From Candidatus Thorarchaeota archaeon (GTDB lineage Archaea > Asgardarchaeota > Thorarchaeia > Thorarchaeales > Thorarchaeaceae): DNA of 64,000 bases. Below, piece after piece: positions 20,701 through 27,983 of this stretch (its first letter is position 1; each line of letters starts with the position of its first letter). The position numbers and the translations under genes are program-made. Below the pieces are notes generated by a model. It searched no databases. It was not told the origin of the DNA and saw only the letters and a program-made list of their open reading frames with translations. The stretch is from contig JAGXKG010000001.1 in NCBI GenBank assembly GCA_018335335.1, positions 253,600 to 317,599 on the forward strand, given 5' to 3'.

Positions 20701-21416
20701 CCTATCTGTGTCGCTTCTTCGTTAGGATTGATGCTCGGATTTCCAGCAACAACAATGATTTTCCTATGCGTTCCATCCCGGCTAGTTTTTTCTTGCCGCC
20801 TTGTTTCTAGATTCGGTTCACGCATGGTTTCAATAGCTTCTCTTAGTTCTCCCTCCCTCAATCTTTCTACCTCAACCGTATTGAGCGTGCTACGTAAGAT
20901 AGCTTCACATCTAGTAGATTCAATTTGGAGCTGTTGTCGCAAGCTTGTGACTGAATCTCCCCGTGCTGTTATGAATAGTCGGATGAAAGGCTCTTGGTTG
21001 ATAGTACCTACTTCATATGCCATAGACGTATAATCATCCATACCTTCACGAAGAGCAAGAAGTGCTGACACGACATACTTATGCTCTCCATTTTCGTTAA
21101 TCTTAACTGATCCAGTAACCGAATTGAGTTGAAGAACACAAGTTGCGACAATAGACCTATCCAGCTGTACAACAAGAATATCATTCTCTATCAACATCGA
21201 TATCTTCTGTGATTTGATTTTGGAACCTATTACGATACCTCCAGTAATCGGGGGAAATAGAAGAAGAAGACCTTCGACCAAGGCTCTCATAGGTACAGCT
21301 AATGGCGGCGCAACCCCTGTGATTGGCAAGACATAGGCCATTACAAAATAGAATATTGAAAATGCGGTTGAACTTGGCCATGCAATTCGTATGCACTTTA
21401 GAAACTTGACATCCAT
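17688..21416 (-). CDS. Giant membrane-anchored HerA/VirB4-like (DUF87) P-loop ATPase
   Basis: 1242 aa; two N-terminal hydrophobic helices; central Walker A IAVMGATGTGKTT and Walker B-like HIVVLEEAYNL as in HerA/VirB4/TrbE ATPases; ~450-aa C-terminal extension of unknown function. Confidence 0.6.
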   Translation of the reverse strand: MDVKFLKCIRIAWPSSTAFSIFYFVMAYVLPITGVAPPLAVPMRALVEGLLLLFPPITGGIVIGSKIKSQKISMLIENDILVVQLDRSIVATCVLQLNSVTGSVKINENGEHKYVVSALLALREGMDDYTSMAYEVGTINQEPFIRLFITARGDSVTSLRQQLQIESTRCEAILRSTLNTVEVERLREGELREAIETMREPNLETRRQEKTSRDGTHRKIIVVAGNPSINPNEEATQIGTFLVGLLRQGYNASLTCAFKPANPGREKRALEKHWKKIRRKEREKRESLSDHAMKERLLEEYKEIGDVDAWFEASIYVTIQANSQIELRLAEEGVRGLLISIWGEKGNLSLESVKLGGRNGYRVLNRRPVKSSKIHLERLVGYFNTPSQQLPVVTGKAVPFFSIPEKETINNELVIGRAVFNSRCLSEVGLKKDWLREHIAVMGATGTGKTTLVKRLIAELSAKTEIPWLVFDVKGSEYSDLREVGFGSVDVLIPGAENNFVLNLFAPEGDSPERHAHITFAIIRELLNERGVSAELSPAMERLLRESVEKVVLEEEEKTVASLERMIFAAGTKGHISEMTRDALLNRLQILFREPLATVFGPGKKTLEISTLLDERVIVDLSYVARIGGMDAARLLYNVIVKRVFDSAMQRGITEGLRHIVVLEEAYNLVPESYTRSSAADVTTGESMVMLQRATGQGVVVVSTRPNISSNILANTSTKITFRLPYDSGVARRYLSLDDRQEEYLQSLTVGNALIKLPDVSVFEIKTLMPEYGLEESTSHIRNRVDEEIIEGVECNDTPMMVSHDGEERVCVERGRTSKGREHVIGEISGLVTGYLASRDFVTKEQLEELLVNLNYDHIDMTREQLIEELISLSIIQREAIPVVKGGFVFSVPGNANESIEAAISQYILEKSDEIRRFEDDGSETTPNFIVGSNAILIVPERIRIPSIETIINVIKESMKKMGNTIEELYVIVRGSIAAAKVRERIEKIDGFDLVTIVPAFQSSIDRMLSTCTGSQIGEKEPKEKSHEIESALEQFNGATKKSGTSVGRRIWFGLLREFLSVSGGAIEWGDFLSFISTTAIQSKRARSIPLEKGEGMRILSQMIETGECHLFRLSKESNLHNLEPGLWVLGAKKFQSIKLIALEAIVQELKRRGREIVSDHYPFDFCVGDKSYAVLPGKNRMKRISNSISETACDECQTHEVVCILGDSSIIEDDDAIPDNVAIRYWKEGISSNLGSLFMVE

Positions 21417-21657
21417 GTATCAAGACACCCCACAGGCTTTCAAGTGTGTTTGCACTTCTTTCTCTCTCCGTTCTTGGTTCGAAGCTACATCTATCAGGTA
21501 ACCTGTTGAGATGTACCGTACTATGTAATATGAAGTCACCAAATAATCATGATATCAACATCTTTGCGCTAATTCCGTTTCCAGAAAAAGCATCTGCCCC
21601 TCGTTGTACGAGGTTAATAGAGCAGTGTCACAATATGAGTTGGGTTAGAATCTGGAA

Positions 21658-23658
21658 ATGTTGAGCAGTACATCTCAAGAAATCAGGATAAGTTTTGATT
21701 CAGTAGAATCAAGATTCGTTATGATAGTAGCTGTATTACTTTTCATCTTGCTGTCATACAATTCAGTTCCCGTCGCAGGAAGTGAAACTCCCTCTTTTGC
21801 TCGTGGCGAGAAGGTTACTATTGAATGCTACCTTCTTCAAAATGGAACGTACGGCGATCCAGTTCCTAACCAAAAGGTAGAATTCTTTGACCAATCGTAT
21901 GACACCTATATTGATTCATCAATAACCGACGAAAACGGTTTTGCATCTGTTCAATGGCAAATTCCGATTACCCATCCTTTGGGTGATACAATCCTTAACA
22001 TAACTTTCCGAGGGAACGAATCCTTGGCCCTTTCTCCATCAGTACAATGGACTGTTATTACTATACTATCATCTACTAATATCACACCAACCATTCATGA
22101 CACAAGTCTACATCCCTCTGATGTTCTCAATGTGTCTGTGAGACTGACTGACGACACTCGAACCCCTTTAAATTCTCAACTAATCAAGTTTTTGAGCGAT
22201 GGACAAACAATTCAATCTGGTTTCACGGATAATAATGGCTCATTCCAACTCCTTTTACAATGCAATCTATCCTGGGCTAATTTTGGTTACAATACAATCA
22301 ACATAATGTACAACGGAAATTCTACTCAATATCTTCAATCAAGTCATTCAAGTATTGGTTTTAATTTAGAGAAGAAGGCAACGAAACTCGCCATCTCAGA
22401 GAATAACACACTCTATAGCAAACTTAACGATACCCATCGTTTTTCTGTTACTCTATCATCAGGAGAAGAATTAGTAAGAAATGCAAGTATTGAGATTAGG
22501 ATTGACAATGAATATTATGACACCATATTCACTACAAGATTGGGTACAGCATTCGTAGATATCCAATTCAACGAGTCATTCACTCTAGGCCCTCATACAA
22601 TGAACGTACACTATCATGGCAGTGAACGTTATGAAGCATCGACTCTATTTCAAAAGATCATACTATCAAGCCCCTGTTTCATAGATGTTGCTGAGGAAAA
22701 AACTCTGACTGTAAATCTCCGTAATAGACTAACGGTAGAGTTACGCGACACTCTTAATCGTCCAATTCGAAGCGGGAATGTAACCATAACTGATACAATT
22801 TCAAGAAAGAATGTTTCTGGAATTCGGCAAGAAAACGGAATATATTCTTTTACTATTCTTTTGAGAAAAAAACTTGGGAGCCGAGAACTTCTGCTTCGCA
22901 TCTATGATATGCCCTACTTATCGAATCATACATATTCTTTCCAAGTTTATGTGTGGTCCAAGCCCGAATTCGAATTTCTATATTGTAGTACAATAGGATA
23001 TGCAGTACCTGGACAGACTATATCTCTCCTAATCTCATTAACTGATTTTTATGGTCCTATCGTCCACACTGAAGTTCAGATTCTGGTGAATAACAAGGAG
23101 TACGGAAAATCTCATAGTGATGGAAATGGTGAACTCTCTACCAGCATCACTATACCAAAAAAAGAAGGTCATCACTCCATTGCTTTGCATTATGGAGGAA
23201 ACAAATCTGCCTTCGTTCTAAATAGAACCCGAATTTTCAGAATTAACGCATCCCATAGCATCCCAGTTGTTCCATGGTCTATTTCAACCCGATTGATCCC
23301 CATGGAGAAGCGAATTTCTGTCAACATGATGCTGCTTGCCCTTAATGGCTCCAAAATTGAGGGTTTAAAGACTACTTACAACTGGCTAAATCAGAGTTAT
23401 CGCGCCAGAACATCAAAAAGCGGCTCATTGGAGTTTTATCTTAGGCTTCCTAATCATCCTGGTACTTATACTCTAGAATACCATATAGATTCAACTAGAG
23501 GAACAAAAGACTACGATGGTTTTCTCGAAATTGAAATAACGCTAATCGATATTAATGGTTCGAGTGTTTTTGGTTTGTTTCCTTTCACCTTATCCATAGC
23601 CTTCTCATTTTCATTAGTCTTGTTGCCGTCTCTCAGAAAAAGATATCTCTTAGGATAG
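21658..23658 (+). CDS. Secreted/surface glycoprotein with C-terminal transmembrane anchor
   Basis: 666 aa; N-terminal signal-like hydrophobic segment; >30 N-x-S/T sequons; C-terminal hydrophobic segment FGLFPFTLSIAFSFSLVLLP followed by basic tail RKRYLLG. Confidence 0.55.
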   Translation: MLSSTSQEIRISFDSVESRFVMIVAVLLFILLSYNSVPVAGSETPSFARGEKVTIECYLLQNGTYGDPVPNQKVEFFDQSYDTYIDSSITDENGFASVQWQIPITHPLGDTILNITFRGNESLALSPSVQWTVITILSSTNITPTIHDTSLHPSDVLNVSVRLTDDTRTPLNSQLIKFLSDGQTIQSGFTDNNGSFQLLLQCNLSWANFGYNTINIMYNGNSTQYLQSSHSSIGFNLEKKATKLAISENNTLYSKLNDTHRFSVTLSSGEELVRNASIEIRIDNEYYDTIFTTRLGTAFVDIQFNESFTLGPHTMNVHYHGSERYEASTLFQKIILSSPCFIDVAEEKTLTVNLRNRLTVELRDTLNRPIRSGNVTITDTISRKNVSGIRQENGIYSFTILLRKKLGSRELLLRIYDMPYLSNHTYSFQVYVWSKPEFEFLYCSTIGYAVPGQTISLLISLTDFYGPIVHTEVQILVNNKEYGKSHSDGNGELSTSITIPKKEGHHSIALHYGGNKSAFVLNRTRIFRINASHSIPVVPWSISTRLIPMEKRISVNMMLLALNGSKIEGLKTTYNWLNQSYRARTSKSGSLEFYLRLPNHPGTYTLEYHIDSTRGTKDYDGFLEIEITLIDINGSSVFGLFPFTLSIAFSFSLVLLPSLRKRYLLG

Positions 23659-23665
23659 GAATAAT

Positions 23666-23775
23666 TGGTGCTCCGGCCGGGACTTGAACCCGGGTCGGAG
23701 GATCGAGAGTCCCCCATGCTGGGCCGGACTACATTCGGTGGACTTAAGGCAAAGACCTTAGACTTCTACCGGAGC
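23666..23775 (-). tRNA. tRNA-Glu (anticodon CUC) with ~32-nt insertion near position 9/10; CCA encoded
   Basis: Acceptor GCUCCGG/CCGGAGC, anticodon arm GGGGA-CUCUCGA-UCCUC, T-arm CCGGG-UUCAAGU-CCCGG; D-arm AUGUAGUCCGGCCCAGCAU matches archaeal tRNA-Glu; extra AGAAGUCUAAGG...CCACCGA between acceptor and D-arm. Confidence 0.7.
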
Positions 23776-23976
23776 TTCTTAGCACCAGCTCGGAGCGGGA
23801 CAGCACCATTTTGAGCTCAAATAAGCCTTTCTCAACGGCATTTGGTTTTCATAGTCGATTCTTAATAACCACTGCTCTAATACTCCCATTTGTGACATCT
23901 GCAAAGAATCTTTGTATTTACAAGGAGGAAGTGGAAAAATGGTGGAGAGATACCTTCAGTCAAACCCATCAAATTG

Positions 23977-24204
23977 TTAGGGATTCAACAGATTTGATAA
24001 ATTACTCCAACTGTCTTCCAATAATCCAAGCAGATCTGAGATGACATCTTGAGCCCATCCAGTAGCTTGAAGTATAACTGCAATTACGATAGAAACGGTA
24101 ACTACTGCTATTCCCAACAATAGACTCTCTTCAACAAGCGGGCCACCTGTAGTATCTTGCAGAGGGTTGCTTCTTCCTGTCATTATCAACATTCTCAATA
24201 GCAA
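23977..24204 (-). CDS. Small membrane protein, possible Flp/class-III-signal pilin-like
   Basis: 75 aa; ...TTGG-PLVEES-LLLGIAVVTVSIVIAVIL: Gly followed by acidic residues then a ~22-aa hydrophobic helix, like Flp-pilin G/xxxxEY...hydrophobic; directly downstream of a TadA/FlaI-type ATPase. Confidence 0.3.
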   Translation of the reverse strand: MLLRMLIMTGRSNPLQDTTGGPLVEESLLLGIAVVTVSIVIAVILQATGWAQDVISDLLGLLEDSWSNLSNLLNP

Positions 24205-24379
24205 GTTGTTAATGTGCTATTTTAACCCAACAGAGACGGATTATTCTATCCATATTTCAAAATTATGATTTTCTTGAAAATAGTCAATTTTCTTCGGTTC
24301 CACAATTCACCAATGAGAGTGTGTCTCAACATCGACCGTGATCAAGAATCTCCCCCGCAACCGAAACATAGATTCTTCT

Positions 24380-26050
24380 TTATAGCTCTCCGAGGATTCG
24401 TGGCCAATCATCATGATATCCGCTTATTAACACTTCAAGATTCTCTTCAATTGAAACCTCATTGTTCTTAGAAATATCGTTTTCATCTGGTTTGAGAATG
24501 TTAGTGTGATTTAATTTTCCATTCTTCTCATAGAGAATGGTCAAACCGTCAAAAACGATCAAACCATTTTTTCTTATACGTTGAATCTTCGCCACCTCTG
24601 CAACATATCGTTCCGAAACACCTGGCTCTCTCTGTTTCATTGTAATTACCAAATCCATCATTGCAATCTCGTGTTCACTAATTCCATGTGAATCTCTCCA
24701 ACGCGATATCAAACATGATGAGTTTCTACTATGGCAGGTTTGGATTGTTCGTAGCCCGGCCGCTATTGCTTGAAAAAGAGCTGAACTATGCTCGGCTGTC
24801 TGAATTTCTCCAAGAATCATGTAATCTGGAGAGCGATGTAGGCATTTGACGATTTCATTGGTCTTGCTCAGCCCTGCTTTACCCTCATCATAAGGTGGAA
24901 CCCTGAATCTTGTCTGTTTATGATTCGCCCATAGACGACTTTCAATTACATCCTCAATATACAGTTTCCGCCAGTGGGGAGGAGTCATCATATCAAGGGC
25001 ATTTAGCAGAGTAGTTTTTCCACTGCCTGGCTCACCAGTAATTGTTATGTTTGCTCTTCCACGTATAGCTGATATCAGAAAAGCAGCAATTCCTATTGTT
25101 AGGGTTCCATTCTTCAAGAGATCTACAACGGTAAACGGATTTGAGCGTGCACGCCTAATTTCTAGGGTTAGTCCATCTGGGCTTAATGGAGGAATAGCAG
25201 CGGATACCCGCAAGAGTACATCGGCAAGTCCAATTTCGGTCTTCAATGATGGATTGTTATGATCGAGATGGAAGTTACTCTCAGCGCGTACCAAAGTCAT
25301 GAAACGATTGACATCCTCATTGCTAAAGGTAACTTCGGTATCACAACGTCCTAGTCGACAATGATCGAAATAGATATGGGCCCCTGGTCTACTCAAGAAT
25401 ATCTCCTCAACCTCCTCATCAAACAGTAGGGGGAAGATAGGTGCGAGAATAGATTTGCGATGAGCAACGATGTGTGATATTCGTGTTTTCGTGTCGTCAT
25501 TCATTTCAGGAATAATCTCAGAAAGATTTTCAAGGATGATCTCCTTTTCGCTAGTTAACCGTTCATTCAAACCTCCCCTTACAAAGGGGCTATCCCTTTC
25601 TATTTGAGGAAACTCCATACAAACCTCCTCAAACAAGGAATGTTCGAGCGGCGTTCTTAGCATTGGTATTGCATGATGAACTGGTACATTGCTATGATTA
25701 TCTCTAACGAAATATACTAGATACGCTCCTACTCGATATACATCCACAATTTCTGATGAAGAAAGACACATGCTTTCGCCCAAATATGCGGGATCCCATT
25801 CCTTTGTTAACCAAGGTGGCCCTTTCACTTGTTTCGTATTCGAAGGCGCAAGATGAATATACCCCCTCTCAGTTTCAAGTATCACTAAACGAGCATCACA
25901 TTCTTTCTGTTCTTTCCATTGCTGGATTCTCTGACATTTTCCATTTCTGTGACTTTCACATTCAACACAACGGGTTTCAGGACATTCTAGTAGCTCTACA
26001 TCCTGCCTGTTTCTTACCATTCTCTTCTTGCCAACTGTTTCCGAACCCAT
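24380..26050 (-). CDS. Secretion-superfamily ATPase (FlaI/PilB/VirB11/TadA family) with N-terminal Cys-rich zinc-ribbon
   Basis: 556 aa; Walker A TGEPGSGKTTLLNAL, Asp box IEDVIE, RSPDYMILGEIQTAE (= RxxPDxIxxGEiR), His-box-like TCHSRN; N-terminal CPETRCVECESHRNGKC. Confidence 0.75.
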   Translation of the reverse strand: MGSETVGKKRMVRNRQDVELLECPETRCVECESHRNGKCQRIQQWKEQKECDARLVILETERGYIHLAPSNTKQVKGPPWLTKEWDPAYLGESMCLSSSEIVDVYRVGAYLVYFVRDNHSNVPVHHAIPMLRTPLEHSLFEEVCMEFPQIERDSPFVRGGLNERLTSEKEIILENLSEIIPEMNDDTKTRISHIVAHRKSILAPIFPLLFDEEVEEIFLSRPGAHIYFDHCRLGRCDTEVTFSNEDVNRFMTLVRAESNFHLDHNNPSLKTEIGLADVLLRVSAAIPPLSPDGLTLEIRRARSNPFTVVDLLKNGTLTIGIAAFLISAIRGRANITITGEPGSGKTTLLNALDMMTPPHWRKLYIEDVIESRLWANHKQTRFRVPPYDEGKAGLSKTNEIVKCLHRSPDYMILGEIQTAEHSSALFQAIAAGLRTIQTCHSRNSSCLISRWRDSHGISEHEIAMMDLVITMKQREPGVSERYVAEVAKIQRIRKNGLIVFDGLTILYEKNGKLNHTNILKPDENDISKNNEVSIEENLEVLISGYHDDWPRILGEL

Positions 26051-26210
26051 TACTTTTCACATCAAGATACAAATCAATATTAGCTACTTCTCGCGTTCCG
26101 AAATTGAGTCACAGATGATCCCAGTTCCACCCCTCGGTTTTTTGCTACCAATTTAAGCCCCCTGTCGAATTAAGAAATTAGTTTTGAGTTAGAATTAGTG
26201 ATTGGAGTTT

Positions 26211-27236
26211 CTACTGACTTGTTATCCTAATACATTTCTTGATTACTCCGAAATGATCCCGAATACTATATTCTGCTACATCGGTTGCTTCAGAAGTGAG
26301 TTTCTGTGTAAGTGCTGATTGTTTTCCTGCTTTGACAGATATGACTCTGTCAGCGGCATAGGCTGCGGACACAGCAAAAATAAATGGATTTCTGCCACCT
26401 CTTCTTGAGGATGGAAATCCCCTTAAAATCGTCATTAGAATTTCCCTCAACTTGTTTTCGTATTCCTTTAATTCCCAGCCTCTTGATTGAACCCTCTCAA
26501 CTACTTCTGAATTATTCATCAACATAGATAGTATTCTAGGCACATATTCCCTCGGCTTCCGAATCCTTGGAACATAGCCGGTTGCTGACCGAAGATTAAT
26601 CGCTTCCCTGACTATGGTCCGAACACTGACTCTGTGACCACATTTATCGAAGGTTTCTGCTATCTCCTCGAGTGTTATGGGCGCCTCTTCTTTGAATTCT
26701 CTAACGGCCATGAGAAGACAAACTGCAATCAAAATGATATTGTTAGTCATCTTGTCTTCTGCTTCGTTCACCAGTTTCTTGTACAAGTAGGCGGTTCGAT
26801 TTCGAACCTGTTCGCTTATCATCAGGAGCTTAGAAACGCGATTGAGCGTTCTCAGTGCTCGATACTTAGCTTCATCGTCCCCTATTCTGATTCTAGTGCT
26901 ATATACACTCTTCAAACGTTGGAATTTCTTCTGGACTTTTCCTGATAATGCACTTCCTTTAGAATCACGGAAATACTTGTCTCTGTGAAATCCAATATAG
27001 CTTCCCAATCCATCTACTATATGCATTCTATTTCCTAACGATACATACATCGCCGCATCGGGGCTATCATCTGACTTCTGTTGCCCCATCTGATAAGTCG
27101 GATCTACGTATTCTCTTGATACTACTAGTCCACAGTCTAGACAGACGATATACCCCTCACTTGTTGCGAGAGCACCAGAACAATCGGGACAGGTACCAAG
27201 AAGCTCTCGATATGAATCAGCGGAATTGTCTGTCAA
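26211..27236 (-). CDS. tfb: Transcription initiation factor IIB (TFB)
   Basis: 341 aa; N-terminal Zn ribbon CPDCSG...CLDCG, B-reader, two cyclin-like repeats. Confidence 0.9.
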   Translation of the reverse strand: MTDNSADSYRELLGTCPDCSGALATSEGYIVCLDCGLVVSREYVDPTYQMGQQKSDDSPDAAMYVSLGNRMHIVDGLGSYIGFHRDKYFRDSKGSALSGKVQKKFQRLKSVYSTRIRIGDDEAKYRALRTLNRVSKLLMISEQVRNRTAYLYKKLVNEAEDKMTNNIILIAVCLLMAVREFKEEAPITLEEIAETFDKCGHRVSVRTIVREAINLRSATGYVPRIRKPREYVPRILSMLMNNSEVVERVQSRGWELKEYENKLREILMTILRGFPSSRRGGRNPFIFAVSAAYAADRVISVKAGKQSALTQKLTSEATDVAEYSIRDHFGVIKKCIRITSQ

Positions 27237-27502
27237 CGCGTTATACCCGATTATATCCTGTGTAGTCTATTCCCTTTTGGATTTCACAACTTCTTTGTAT
27301 GGAGAAGACAATAGATTATACATTCAATCATATCTCTACTTACCAACTACCAGTCAGATACGGCCTACTGGGAATGGGGGCAACCCGAAACTATTCTCCA
27401 AAAAATCCTGATCCTACGAAAGACACGAGCTACCAAGGTTATTCTAGTGAAAAAACAAAGCCGCTTCAAATGTTCTCGATTTGTCTTCTTTCCCCTAACT
27501 CC

Positions 27503-27895
27503 TTACGAAATAGCAATATAGAACTCTTCTGATTCAAATGATCGTCTCTCAGTTGAAGAAGCTCCCTTAATACTAATCACCATTCTTAATCCTCCAATAG
27601 AACCTACCACCCTTAGATCCTCATTGCCTTTCATTTTGAAAATCGTGCCTTTGGCATAGATACTGGACTGGCTCCCCCTCTTTGTTTCTCTTGGCGAGAT
27701 GTGCACATCTACGGGTTCTTCTGAATCTAGTGTCTCACAAAGCACCTCTGGCAACTCAAGAGTGAGTTTTGCTTCCCCTTCACGTGAAGAAATCTCCAAA
27801 AGCCTTAGATTCTTTGTTTCAGTTTCTTCCATTGATTCAATTTTGGCATTTTCAAGTTTAACAACCATATCCAGAGCTCTCCATAATAGAGACAA
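27503..27895 (-). CDS. Hypothetical acidic protein (130 aa)
   Basis: ORF only; acidic, mixed alpha/beta-looking; no motif recognised. Confidence 0.35.
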   Translation of the reverse strand: MSLLWRALDMVVKLENAKIESMEETETKNLRLLEISSREGEAKLTLELPEVLCETLDSEEPVDVHISPRETKRGSQSSIYAKGTIFKMKGNEDLRVVGSIGGLRMVISIKGASSTERRSFESEEFYIAIS

Positions 27896-27983
27896 ATAAT
27901 CCTCGTTTGGGTCTGAATTAAACTTGTCGTTAGCAGCTTGTGGTCTTTTTTAGAGAGCATACAAACCAATTACAGGTGAAACA

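Noticed and set aside
21446-21664. 72-aa ORF in divergent promoter region
   Set aside because: Short, Cys/His-rich by chance, overlaps start of surface protein gene
23811-24044. 77-aa + strand ORF overlapping the pilin-like ORF
   Set aside because: Lacks the hydrophobic helix; the minus-strand ORF fits context better (both uncertain)
26100-26210. GGGGTGG...TTTTTT stretch after TFB
   Set aside because: On the wrong strand to be a T-tract terminator for tfb; no other transcript ends here
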